Assembly (NCBI RefSeq): GCF_009914755.1
Contig: NC_060937.1
Source of the DNA: the human T2T-CHM13v2.0 reference genome, Homo sapiens
Reading direction: 5' to 3' (one strand)
DNA: 64,000 nucleotides
Under the pieces are notes generated by a model. The model was not told the origin of the DNA and made no database searches. It worked only from the letters and a program-made list of their open reading frames with translations. Numbering within the stretch: position 1 is the stretch's first letter; every line of letters begins with the position of its first letter. The position numbers and the translations under genes are program-made. This document shows, piece after piece, positions 31,411-47,899 of the stretch.

Positions 31411-34400
31411 TTCTATAGTGTACATAAAATATCAAAGTACCCAAACTATACATTATATACTGTACATAAAATATGAAATTACATCAAATATATATTATAT
31501 TAGGTACATAAAATATGAAAGTACATCAAATATAGATTATATACTGTACATAAAATACCAAAGTACCCCAAGTACATATTATATACTGTACATGAAATAT
31601 CAAAGTTCACAAACTATATATTATATACTGTACATAAAATATCAAAGTACCCAAGGTATATATTCTATACTGTACAAAAAATATCAAAGTACCCAAACAT
31701 GTATTATATACTGTACATGAAATATGAAAGTACATCAAATATATATTTTATTCTGTACATAAAATATCAAAGTACACCAAATATATATTCTATACTGTAC
31801 ATAAAATATTAAAGTACCCAAACTATACATTATATACTGTACATAAAATATGAAATTACATCAAATATATATTATATTAGGTACACAAAATATGAAAATA
31901 CATCCAATATAGATTATATACTGTACATAAAATACAAAAGTACCCCAAATGTATATTTTATACTGTACATGAAATATCAAAGTTCACAAGCTATATATTA
32001 TATACTGTACATAAAATATCAAAATACTCAAGGTATATATTCTATACTCTACAAAAAATATCAAAGTACCCAGAGCATGTATTATATACTGTACATAAAA
32101 TATGAAAGTACATCAAATATATATTTTATTCTGTACAAAAAATATCAAAGTACACCAAATATATATTCTATACTGTACATAAAATATCAAAGTACCCAAA
32201 CTATACATTATATACTGTACATAAAATATGAAATTACATCAAATATATATTATATTAGGTACAGAAAATATGAAAGTACATCAAATATAGATTATATACT
32301 GTACATAAATCACCAAAGTACCCCAAATATATATTTTATACTGTACATGAAATATCAAACTTCAGAAACTATATATTATATACTGTACATAAAATATCAA
32401 AGTACTGAAAGTATATATTCTATACTGTACAAAAAATATCAAAGTACCCAAAGCATGTATTATATACTGTACATGAAATATGAAAGTACATCAAATATAT
32501 ATTTTATTCTGTACATAAAATATCAAAGTACACCAAATATATATTCTTTACTGTACATAAAATATCAAAGTACCCAAACTATACATTATATACTTTACAT
32601 AAAATATGAAATTACATCAAATATATATTATATTAGGTACATAAAATATGAAAGTACATCAAATATAGATTATATACTGTACATAAAATACCAAAGTACC
32701 CCAAATATATATTTTATACTGTACATGAAATATCAAAGTTCACAAACTATATATTATATACTGTACATAAAATATCAAAGTACTCAAGGTATATATTCTA
32801 TACTGTACAAAAAATATCAAAGTACCCAAAGCATGTATTATATACTGTACATAAAATATGAAAGTACATGAAATATATATTTTATTGTGTACAAAAAATA
32901 TCAAAGTACACCAAATATATATTCTATACTGTACATAAAATATCAAAGTACCCAAACTATACATTATATACTGTACATAAAATATGAAATTACATCAAAT
33001 ATATATTAGTTACATAAAAAATGAAAGTAGATCAAATATAGATTATATCCTGTACATAAAATACCAAAGTACCCCAAATAAATATTTTATACTGTACATG
33101 AAATATCAAAGTTCACAAACTATATATTATATACTGCACATAAAATATCAAATCACCCAAGGTATATATTCTATACTGTACAAAAAATATCAAAGTACCC
33201 AAACCATGTATTATATAAGGTACATAAAATATGAAAGTACATCAAAAATAGATTATATACTGTACATAAAATACCAAAGTACCCCAAATATATATTTTAT
33301 ATTGTACATGAAATATCAAAGTTCTCAAACTATATATTATATACTGTACATAAAATATCAAAGTACCCAAGGTATCTATTCTATACTGTACAAAAAATAT
33401 CAAACTACCCAAAGCATGTATTATATACTGTACATAAAATATGAAAGTACATCAAATATATATTTTATTCTGTACATAAAATATCAAAGTACACCAAATA
33501 TATGTTCTATACTGTACATAAAATATCAAAGTACCCATACTATACATTATATACTGTACATAAAATATGAAATTACATCAAATATATATTATATTAGGTA
33601 CAGAAAATATGAAAATGCATCAAATATAGATTATATACTGTACATAAAATACCAAAGTACCCCAAATATATATTTTATACTGTACATGAAATATCAAAGT
33701 TCACAAACTATATATTATATACTGCACATAAATTATCAAATCACCCAAGGTATATATTCTATACTGTATAAAAAATATCAAAGTACCCAAAGCATGTATT
33801 ATATACTGTACATAAAATATGAAAGTACATCAAATATATATTTTATTTTGTACATAAAATATTAAAGTACACCAAATATATATTCTATAGTGTACATAAA
33901 ATATCAAATTACCCAAACTATACATTATATACTGTACATAAAATATGAAATTACATCAAATATATATTATATTAGGTACATAAAATATGAAAGTACATCA
34001 AATATAGATTATATACTGTACATAAAATACCAAAGAACCCCAAATATATATTATATACTGTACATGAAATATCAAAGTTCACAAACTATATATTATATAC
34101 TGTACATAAAATATCAAAGTACCCAAGGTATATATTCTATACTGTACAAAAAATATCAAAGTACCCAAAGCATGTATGATATACTGTTCATAAAACATGA
34201 AAGTACATCAAATATATATTTTATTCTGTACATAAAATATCAAAGTACACCAAATATATATTCTATAGTGTACATAAAATATCAAATTACCCAAACTATA
34301 CATGATATACTGTACATAAAATATGAAATTACATCAAATATATATTATATTAGGTACATAAAATATGAAAGTACCTCAAATATAGATTATATACTGTACA

Positions 34401-36279
34401 TAAAATACCAAAGAACCCCAAATATATATTATATACTGTACATGAAATATCAAAGTTCACAAACTATATATTATATACTGTACATAAAATATCAAAGTAC
34501 CCAAGGTATATATTCTATACTGTACAAAAAATATCAAATTACCCAAAACAGGTATTATATACTGTTCATAAAATATGAAAGTACATCAAATATATATTTT
34601 ATTCTGTACATAAAATATCAAAGTACACCAAATATATATTCTATAGTGTACAAAAAATATCAAAGTACCCAAACTATACATTATATACTGTACATAAAAT
34701 ATGAAATTACATCAAATATATATTATATTAGGTACATAAAATATGAAAGTACATGAAATATATATTATATACTGTACATAAAATACCAAAGTACCCCAAA
34801 TATATATATTATATTGTACATGAAATATCAAAGTTCACAAACTATATATTATATACTGTACATAAAATATGAATGTATCCAAGGTATATATTCTATACTA
34901 TACAAAAAGTATCAAAGTTCCCAAAACATGTATTATATACTGTACATAAAATATGAAAGTGCATCAAATATATATTTTATTCTGTACATAAAATATCAAA
35001 GTACACCAAATATATATTCTATACTGTACAAAAAATATCAAAGCACCCAAACTATACATTATGTACTGTACATAAAATATGAAATTACATCAAATATATA
35101 TTAGTTACATAAAATATGAAAGTACATCAAATATAGATTATATCCTCTACGTAAAATACCAAAGTACCCCAAATAAATATTTTATACTGTACATGAAATA
35201 TCAAAGTTCACAAACTATATATTATATACTGCACATAAAATATCAAATCACCCAAGGTATATATTCTATACTATACAAAAAATATCAAAGTACCCAAAGC
35301 ATGTATTATATACTGTACATAAAATAGGAAAGTACATCAAATATATATTTTATTCTGTATATAAAATATCAAAGTACACCAAATATATATTCTATAGTGT
35401 ACATAAAATATCAAATTACACAAACTATACCTTATATACTCTACATAAAATATGAAATTACATCAAATATATATTATATTAGGTACATAAAATATGAAAG
35501 TACATCAAATATAGATTATATACTGTACATAAAATACCAAAGTACCCCAAATATATATTTTATACTGTACATGAAATATCAAAGTTCACAAACTATATAT
35601 TATATACTGTACATAAAATATCAAAGTACCCAAGGTATATATTCTATACTGTACAAAAAATATCAAAGTACCCAAACATGTATTATATACTGTACATAAA
35701 ATATGAAAGTACATCAAATATATATTTCATTCTGTACATAAAATATCAAAGTACACCAAATATATATTCTATAGTGTACATAAAATATCAAAGTACCCAA
35801 ACTATACATTATATACTGTACCTAAAATATGAAATTACATCAAATATGTATTATATTAGGTAAATAAAATATGAAAGTACAACAAATATAGATTATGTAA
35901 TGTACATAAAATACCAAATAACCCCAAATATATATTTTACACTGTACATGCAATATCAAAGCTCACAAACTATATATTATATACTGTACATAAAATATCA
36001 AAGTACAGAAGGTATATATTCTATACTGTACAAAAAATATCAAAGTACCCAAAGCATGTATTAAATACTGTACATAAAATATGAAAGTACATCAAATATA
36101 TATTTTATTCTGTACATAAAATATCAAAGTACACCAAATATATATTCTATAGTGTACATAAAATATCAAAGTACCCAAACTCTACATTATATACTGTACA
36201 TAAAATATGAAATTACATCAAATCTATATAACATTAGGTACATAAAATATGAAAGTACATCAAATATAAATTATATACT

Positions 36280-39200
36280 GTACATAAAATACCAAAGAAC
36301 CCCAAATATATATTATATACTGTACATGAAATATCAAAGTTCACAAACTATATATTATATACTGTACATAAAATATCAAAGTACCCAAGGTATACATTAT
36401 ATACTGTACACAAAATATGAAATTACATCAAATATATGTTATATTAGGTACATAAATTATGAAAGTACATCAAATATAAATTATATACTGTACATAAAAT
36501 ATCAAATTACCTCAAATATATATTATATACTGTACATGAAATATCAAAGTTCACAAACTATATATTATATACTGTACATAAAATATCAAAGTACCCAAGG
36601 TATATATTCTATACTGTACAAAAAATATCAAAGTACCCAAAGCATGTATTATATACTGTACATGAAATATGAAAGTACATCAAATATATATTTTATTCTG
36701 TACATAAAATATCAAAGTACACCAAATATATATTCTATAGTGTACATAAAATATCAAAGTACCCAAACTATATATTACATACTGTACATGAAATATGAAA
36801 TTACATCAAATATATATTATATTAGTTACATAAAATATGAAAGTACATCAAATATAGATTATACACTGTACATAAAATACCAAAGAACCCCAAATATATA
36901 TTATATACTGTACATGAAATATCAAAGTTCACAAACTATATATTATATACTGTACATAAAATATCAAAGTACCCAAGGTATATATTCTGTACTGTACAAA
37001 AAATATCAAAGTACCCAAAGCATGTATTATATACTGTACATAAAATATGAAAGTACATCAAATATATATTTAATTCTGTACATAAAATATCAAAGTACAC
37101 CAAATATATATTCTATACTGTACATAAAATATCAAAGTACCCAAACTATACATTATATACTGTACATAAAATATGAAATTACATCAAATATATATTATAT
37201 TAGGTACAGAAAATATGAAAGTACATCAAATATAGATTATATAATGTACATAAATCACCAAAGTACCCCAAATATATATTTTATACTGTACATGAAATAT
37301 CAAACTTCAGAAACTATATATTATATACTGTACATAAAATATCAAAGTACTGAAAGTATATATTCTATACTGTACAAAAAATATCAAAGTACCCAAAGCA
37401 TGTATTATATACTGTACATGAAATATGAAAGTACATCAAATATATATTTTATTCTGTACATAAAATATCAAAGTACACCAAATATATATTCTTTACTGTA
37501 CATAAAATATCAAAGTACCCAAACTATACATTATATACTTTACATAAAATATGAAATTACATCAAATATATATTATATTAGGTACATAAAATATGAAAGT
37601 ACATCAAATATAGATTATATACTGTACATAAAATACCAAAGTACCCCAAATATATATTTTATACTGTACATGAAATATCAAAGTTCACAAACTATATATT
37701 ATATACTGTACATAAAATATCAAAGTACTCAAGGTATATATTCTATACTGTACAAAAAATATCAAAGTACCCAAAGCATGTATTATATACTGTACATAAA
37801 ATATGAAAGTACATGAAATATATATTTTATTGTGTACAAAAAATATCAAAGTACACCAAATATATATTCTATACTGTACATAAAATATCAAAGTACCCAA
37901 ACTATACATTATATACTGTACATAAAATATGAAATTACATCAAATATATATTAGTTACATAAAAAATGAAAGTAGATCAAATATAGATTATATCCTGTAC
38001 ATAAAATACCAAAGTACCCCAAATAAATATTTTATACTGTACATGAAATATCAAAGTTCACAAACTATATATTATATACTGCACATAAAATATCAAATCA
38101 CCCAAGGTATATATTCTATACTGTACAAAAAATATCAAAGTACCCAAACCATGTGTTATATAAGGTACATAAAATATGAAAGTACATCAAAAATAGATTA
38201 TATACTGTACATAAAATACCAAAGTACCCCAAATATATATTTTATATTGTACATGAAATATCAAAGTTCTCAAACTATATATTATATACTGTACATAAAA
38301 TATCAAAGTACCCAAGGTATCTATTCTATACTGTACAAAAAATATCAAACTACCCAAAGCATGTATTATATACTGTACATAAAATATGAAAGTACATCAA
38401 ATATATATTTTATTCTGTACATAAAATATCAAAGTACACCAAATATATGTTCTATACTGTACATAAAATATCAAAGTACCCATACTATACATTATATACT
38501 GTACATAAAATATGAAATTACATCAAATATATATTATATTAGGTACAGAAAATATGAAAATGCATCAAATATAGATTATATACTGTACATAAAATACCAA
38601 AGTACCCCAAATATATATTTTATACTGTACATGAAATATCAAAGTTCACAAACTATATATTATATACTGCACATAAATTATCAAATCACCCAAGGTATAT
38701 ATTCTATACTGTACAAAAAATATCAAAGTACCCAAAGCATGTATTATATACTGTACATAAAATATGAAAGTACATCAAATATATATTTTATTTTGTACAT
38801 AAAATATTAAAGTACACCAAATATATATTCTATAGTGTACATAAAATATAAAAGTACCCAAACTATACATTATATACTGTACATAAAATATGAAATTACA
38901 TCAAATATATATTATATTAGGTACATAAAATATGAAAGTACATCAAATATAGATTATATACTGTACATAAAATACCAAAGTACCCCAAATATATATATTA
39001 TATTGTACATGAAATATCAAAGTTCACAAACTATATATTATATACTGTACATAAAATATCAAAGTACCCAAGGTATATATTCTATACTGTACAAAAAATA
39101 TCAAAGTACCCAAAGCATGTATTATATACTGTACATAAAACATGAAAGTACATGAAATATATATTTTATTGTGTACAAAAAATATCAAAGTACACCAAAT

Positions 39201-42200
39201 ATATATTCTATACTGTACATAAAATATCAAAGTACCCAAACTATACATTATATACTGTACATAAAATATGAAATTACATCAAATATATATTATATTAGGT
39301 ACAGAAAATATGAAAGTACATCAAATATAGATTATATACTCTACATAAAATATCAAAGTACCCCAAATATATATAATATACTGTACATGAAATATCAAAG
39401 TTCACAAACTATATATTATATACTGTACATAAAATATGAATGTACCCAAGGTATATATTCTATACTATACAAAAAGTATCAAAGTACCCAAAACATGTAT
39501 TATATACTGTACATAAAATATGAAAGTGCATCAAATATATATTTTATTCTGTACATAAAATATCAAAGTACACCAAATATATATTCTATACTGTACATAA
39601 AATATCAAAGTACCCAAACTATACATTATATACAGTACATAAAATATGAAATTACATCAAATATATATTAGTTACATAAAATATGAAAGTACATCAAATA
39701 TAGATTATATCCTGTACATAAAATACCAAAGTTCCCCAAATAAATATTTTATACTGTACATGAAATATCAAAGTTCACAAACTATATAGTATATAATGCA
39801 CATAAATTATCAAATCACCCAAGGTATATATTCTATACTGTACAAAAAATATCAAAGTACCCAAAGCATGTATTATATACTGTACATAAAATATGAAAGT
39901 ACATCAAATATATATTTTATTCTGTACATAAAATATCAAAGTACACCAAATATATATTCTATAGTGTACAAAAAATATCAAAGTACCCAAACTATACATT
40001 ATATACTGTACATAAAATATGAAATTACATCAAATATATATTATATTAGGTACATAAAATATGAAAGTACATGAAATATATATTATATACTGTACATAAA
40101 ATACCAAAGTACCCCAAATATATATATTATATTGTACATGAAATATCAAAGTTCACAAACTATATATTATATACTGTACATAAAATATGAATGTATCCAA
40201 GGTATATATTCTATACTATACAAAAAGTATCAAAGTTCCCAAAACATGTATTATATACTGTACATAAAATATGAAAGTGCATCAAATATATATTTTATTC
40301 TGTACATAAAATATCAAAGTACACCAAATATATATTCTATACTGTACAAAAAATATCAAAGCACCCAAACTATACATTATGTACTGTACATAAAATATGA
40401 AATTACATCAAATATATATTAGTTACATAAAATATGAAAGTACATCAAATATAGATTATATCCTCTACGTAAAATACCAAAGTACCCCAAATAAATATTT
40501 TATACTGTACATGAAATATCAAAGTTCACAAACTATATATTATATACTGCACATAAAATATCAAATCACCCAAGGTATATATTCTATACTATACAAAAAA
40601 TATCAAAGTACCCAAAGCATGTATTATATACTGTACATAAAATAGGAAAGTACATCAAATATATATTTTATTCTGTACATAAAATATCAAAGTACACCAA
40701 ATATATATTCTATAGTGTACATAAAATATCAAAGTACCCAAACTATACATTATATACTGTACATAAAATATGAAATTACATCAAATATATATTATATTAG
40801 GTACAGAAAATATGAAAGTACATCAAATATAGATTATATACTCTACATAAAATATCAAAGTACCCCAAATATATATAATATACTGTACATGAAATATCAA
40901 AGTTCACAAACTATATATTATATACTGTACATAAAATATGAGTGTACCCAAGGTATATATTCTATACTATACAAAAAGTAGCAAAGTACCCAAAACATGT
41001 ATTATATACTGTACATAAAATATGAAAGTGTATCAAATATATATTTTATTCTGTACATAAAATATAAAAGTACACCAAATATATATTCTATACTGTACAT
41101 AAAATATCAAAGTACCCAAACTATACATTATATACAGTACATAAAATATGAAATTACATCAAATATATATTAGTTAAGTAAAATATGAAAGTACGTCAAA
41201 TATAGATTATATACTGTACATAAAATACCAAAGTACCCCAAATATATATATTATATTGTACATGAAATATGAAAGTTCACAAACTATATATTATATACTA
41301 TACATAAAATATCAAAGTACCCAAGGTATATATTCTATACTGTACAAAAATATCAAAGTACCCAAAGCATGTATTATATACTGTACATAAAATATGAAAG
41401 TACATCAAATATATATTTAATTGTGTACATAAAATATCAAAGTACACCAAATATGTATTCTATAGTGTACATAAAATATCAAAGTACCCAAACTATACAT
41501 TATATACTGTACATAAAATATGAAATTACATCAAATATATATTATATTAGGTACATAAAATATGAAAGTACATCAAATATAGATTATATACTGTACATAA
41601 AATACCAAAGAACCCCAAATATATATTATATACTGTACATGAAATATCAAAGTTCACAAACTATATATTATATACTGTACATAAAATATCAAAGTACCCA
41701 AGGTATACATTATATACTGTACACAAAATATGAAATTACATCAAATATATGTTATATTAGGTACATAAATTATGAAAGTACATCAAATATAAATTATATA
41801 CTGTACATAAAATATCAAATTACCTCAAATATATATTATATACTGTACATGAAATATCAAAGTTCACAAACTATATATTATATACTGTACATAAAATATC
41901 AAAGTACCCAAGGTATATATTCTATACTGTACAAAAAATATCAAAGTACCCAAACATGTATTATATACTGTTCATAAAATATGAAAGTACATCAAATATA
42001 TATTTAATTCTTTACATAAAATATCAAAGTACACCAAATATATATTCTATAGTGTACATAAAATATCAAAGTACCCAAACTATACATTACATACTGTACA
42101 TGAAATATGAAATTACATCAAATATATATTATATTAGTTACATAAAATATGAAAGTACATCAAATATAGATTATACACTGTACATAAAATACCAAAGAAC

Positions 42201-45200
42201 CCCAAATATATATTATATACTGTACATGAAATATCAAAGTTCACAAACTATATATTATATACTGCACATAAAATATCAAAGTACCCAAGGTATATATTCT
42301 GTACTGTACAAAAAATATCAAAGTACCCAAAGCATGTATTATATACTGTACATAAAATATGAAAGTACATCAAATATATATTTAATTCTGTACATAAAAT
42401 ATCAAAGTACACCAAATATATATTCTATACTGTACATAAAATATCAAAGTACCCAAACTATACATTATATACTGTACATAAAATATGAAATTACATCAAA
42501 TATATATTATATTAGGTACAGAAAATATGAAAGTACATCAAATATAGATTATATAATGTACATAAATCACCAAAGTACCCCAAATATATATTTTATACTG
42601 TACATGAAATATCAAACTTCAGAAACTATATATTATATACTGTACATAAAATATCAAAGTACTGAAAGTATATATTCTATACTGTACAAAAAATATCAAA
42701 GTACCCAAAGCATGTATTATATACTGTACATGAAATATGAAAGTACATCAAATATATATTTTATTCTGTACATAAAATATCAAAGTACACCAAATATATA
42801 TTCTTTACTGTACATAAAATATCAAAGTACCCAAACTATACATTATATACTTTACATAAAATATGAAATTACATCAAATATATATTATATTAGGTACATA
42901 AAATATGAAAGTACATCAAATATAGATTATATACTGTACATAAAATACCAAAGTACCCCAAATATATATTTTATACTGTACATGAAATATCAAAGTTCAC
43001 AAACTATATATTATATACTGTACATAAAATATCAAAGTACTCAAGGTATATATTCTATACTGTACAAAAAATATCAAAGTACCCAAAGCATGTATTATAT
43101 ACTGTACATAAAATATGAAAGTACATGAAATATATATTTTATTGTGTACAAAAAATATCAAAGTACACCAAATATATATTCTATACTGTACATAAAATAT
43201 CAAAGTACCCAAACTATACATTATATACTGTACATAAAATATGAAATTACATCAAATATATATTAGTTACATAAAAAATGAAAGTAGATCAAATATAGAT
43301 TATATCCTGTACATAAAATACCAAAGTACCCCAAATAAATATTTTATACTGTACATGAAATATCAAAGTTCACAAACTATATATTATATACTGCACATAA
43401 AATATCAAATCACCCAAGGTATATATTCTATACTGTACAAAAAATATCAAAGTACCCAAACCATGTGTTATATAAGGTACATAAAATATGAAAGTACATC
43501 AAAAATAGATTATATACTGTACATAAAATACCAAAGTACCCCAAATATATATTTTATATTGTACATGAAATATCAAAGTTCTCAAACTATATATTATATA
43601 CTGTACATAAAATATCAAAGTACCCAAGGTATCTATTCTATACTGTACAAAAAATATCAAACTACCCAAAGCATGTATTATATACTGTACATAAAATATG
43701 AAAGTACATCAAATATATATTTTATTCTGTACATAAAATATCAAAGTACACCAAATATATGTTCTATACTGTACATAAAATATCAAAGTACCCATACTAT
43801 ACATTATATACTGTACATAAAATATGAAATTACATCAAATATATATTATATTAGATACAGAAAATATGAAAATGCATCAAATATAGATTATATACTGTAC
43901 ATAAAATACCAAAGTACCCCAAATATATATTTTATACTGTACATGAAATATCAAAGTTCACAAACTATATATTATATACTGCACATAAATTATCAAATCA
44001 CCCAAGGTATATATTCTATACTGTACAAAAAATATCAAAGTACCCAAAGCATGTATTATATACTGTACATAAAATATGAAAGTACATCAAATATATATTT
44101 TATTTTGTACATAAAATATTAAAGTACACCAAATATATATTCTATAGTGTACATAAAATATCAAAGTACCCAAACTATACATTATATACTGTACATAAAA
44201 TATGAAATTACATCAAATATATATTATATTAGGTACATAAAATATGAAAGTACATCAAATATAGATTATATACTGTACATAAAATACCAAAGTACCCCAA
44301 ATATATATATTATATTGTACATGAAATATCAAAGTTCACAAACTATATATTATATACTGTACATAAAATATCAAAGTACCCAAGGTATATATTCTATACT
44401 GTACAAAAAATATCAAAGTACCCAAAGCATGTATTATATACTGTACATAAAACATGAAAGTACATGAAATATATATTTTATTGTGTACAAAAAATATCAA
44501 AGTACACCAAATATATATTCTATACTGTACATAAAATATCAAAGTACCCAAACTATACATTATATACTGTACATAAAATATGAAATTACATCAAATATAT
44601 ATTATATTAGGTACAGAAAATATGAAAGTACATCAAATATAGATTATATACTCTACATAAAATATCAAAGTACCCCAAATATATATAATATACTGTACAT
44701 GAAATATCAAAGTTCACAAACTATATATTATATACTGTACATAAAATATGAATGTACCCAAGGTATATATTCTATACTATACAAAAAGTATCAAAGTACC
44801 CAAAACATGTATTATATACTGTACATAAAATATGAAAGTGCATCAAATATATATTTTATTCTGTACATAAAATATCAAAGTACACCAAATATATATTCTA
44901 TACTGTACATAAAATATCAAAGTACCCAAACTATACATTATATACAGTACATAAAATATGAAATTACATCAAATATATATTAGTTACATAAAATATGAAA
45001 GTACATCAAATATAGTTTATATCCTGTACATAAAATACCAAAGTTCCCCAAATAAATATTTTATACTGTACATGAAATATCAAAGTTCACAAACTATATA
45101 TTATATAATGCACATAAATTATCAAATCACCCAAGGTATATATTCTATACTGTACAAAAAATATCAAAGTACCCAAAGCATGTATTATATACTGTACATA

Positions 45201-46730
45201 AAATATGAAAGTACATCAAATATATATTTTATTCTGTACATAAAATATCAAAGTACACCAAATATATATTCTATAGTGTACAAAAAATATCAAAGTACCC
45301 AAACTATACATTATATACTGTACATAAAATATGAAATTACATCAAATATATATTATATTAGGTACATAAAATATGAAAGTACATGAAATATATATTATAT
45401 ACTGTACATAAAATACCAAAGTACCCCAAATATATATATTATATTGTACATGAAATATCAAAGTTCACAAACTATATATTATATACTGTACATAAAATAT
45501 GAATGTATCCAAGGTATATATTCTATACTATACAAAAAGTATCAAAGTTCCCAAAACATGTATTATATACTGTACATAAAATATGAAAGTGCATCAAATA
45601 TATATTTTATTCTGTACATAAAATATCAAAGTACACCAAATATATATTCTATACTGTACAAAAAATATCAAAGCACCCAAACTATACATTATGTACTGTA
45701 CATAAAATATGAAATTACATCAAATATATATTAGTTACATAAAATATGAAAGTACATCAAATATAGATTATATCCTCTACGTAAAATACCAAAGTACCCC
45801 AAATAAATATTTTATACTGTACATGAAATATCAAAGTTCACAAACTATATATTATATACTGCACATAAAATATCAAATCACCCAAGGTATATATTCTATA
45901 CTATACAAAAAATATCAAAGTACCCAAAGCATGTATTACATACTGTACATAAAATAGGAAAGTACATCAAATATATATTTTATTCTGTACATAAAATATC
46001 AAAGTACACCAAATATATATTCTATAGTGTACATAAAATATCAAAGTACCCAAACTATACATTATATACTGTACATAAAATATGAAATTACATCAAATAT
46101 ATATTATATTAGGTACAGAAAATATGAAAGTACATCAAATATAGATTATATACTCTACATAAAATATCAAAGTACCCCAAATATATATAATATACTGTAC
46201 ATGAAATATCAAAGTTCACAAACTATATATTATATACTGTACATAAAATATGAGTGTACCCAAGGTATATATTCTATACTATACAAAAAGTATCAAAGTA
46301 CCCAAAACATGTATTATATACTGTACATAAAATATGAAAGTGTATCAAATAAATATTTTATTCTGTACATAAAATATAAAAGTACACCAAATATATATTC
46401 TATACTGTACATAAAATATCAAAGTACCCAAACTATACATTATATACAGTACATAAAATATGAAATTACATCAAATATATATTAGTTAAGTAAAATATGA
46501 AAGTACGTCAAATATAGATTATATACTGTACATAAAATACCAAAGTACCCCAAATATATATATTATATTGTACATGAAATATGAAAGTTCACAAACTATA
46601 TATTATATACTATACATAAAATATCAAAGTACCCAAGGTATATATTCTATACTGTACAAAAATATCAAAGTACCCAAAGCATGTATTATATACTGTACAT
46701 AAAATATGAAAGTACATCAAATATATATTT
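36280..46730 (+). repeat. Tandem duplication of about 5.1 kb, 36280-41418 vs 41593-46730 (offset 5312-5313 bp)
   Basis: ORF starts 37685/42997, 37929/43241, 38835/44147, 39171/44483, 40132/45444, 40397/45709 and 40715/46027 all differ by 5312 with identical or near-identical translations; copies diverge at about 41419/46731. Confidence 0.9.
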
Positions 46731-47899
46731 TATTCTGTACATAAAATATCAAAGTACACCAATTATATATTCTATAGTGTACATAAAATATCAAAGTACC
46801 CAAACTATACATTATATACTGAACATAAAATATGAAATTACATCAAATATCTATTATATTAGGTACATAAAATATGAAAGTACATCAAATATAGATTATA
46901 TACTGTACATAAAATACCAAAGTACCCCAAATATAGTTTATACTGTACATGAAATATCAATGTTCACAAACTATATATTATATACTGTACATAAAATATC
47001 AAAGTAGTCAAGGTATATATTCTATACTGTACAAAAAATATCAAAGTACCCAAAGTATGTATTATATACTGTACATAAAATATGAAAGTACATGAAATAT
47101 ATATTTTATTGTGTACAAACAATATCAAAGTACACCAAATATATATTCTATACTGTACATAAAATATCAAAGTACCCAAACTATACATTATATACTGTAC
47201 ATATAATATGAAATTACATCAAATATATATTAGTTACATAAAATATGAAAGTACATCAAATATAGATTATATACTGTACATAAAATACCAAAGTACCCCA
47301 AATATATATATTATATTGTACATGAAATATCAAAGTTCACAAACTATATATTATATACTGTACATAAAATATCAAAGTACCCAAGGTATATATTCTATAC
47401 TGTACAAAAAATATCAAAGTACCCAAAGCATGTATTATATACTGTACATAAAATATGAAAGTACATCAAATATATATTTTATTCTGTACATAAAATATCA
47501 AAGTACACCAAATATATATTCTATACTGTACATAAAATATCAAAGTACCCAAACTATACATTATATACTGTACATAAAATATGAAATTTCATCAAATATA
47601 TATTATGTTATGTACAGAAAATATGAAAATACATCAAATATAGATTATATACTGTACATAAAATACCAAAGTACCCCAAATATGTATTTTATACTGTACA
47701 AGAAATATCAAAGTTCACAAACTATATATTATATACTGTACAAAAAATATCAAAGTACTCAAGTTATATATTCTATACTGTACAAAAAATATCAAAGTAC
47801 CCAAAGCATGTATTATATACTGTACATAAAATATGAAAGTACATGAAATATATATTTTATTCTGTACATAAAATATCAAAGTACACCAAATATATATTC

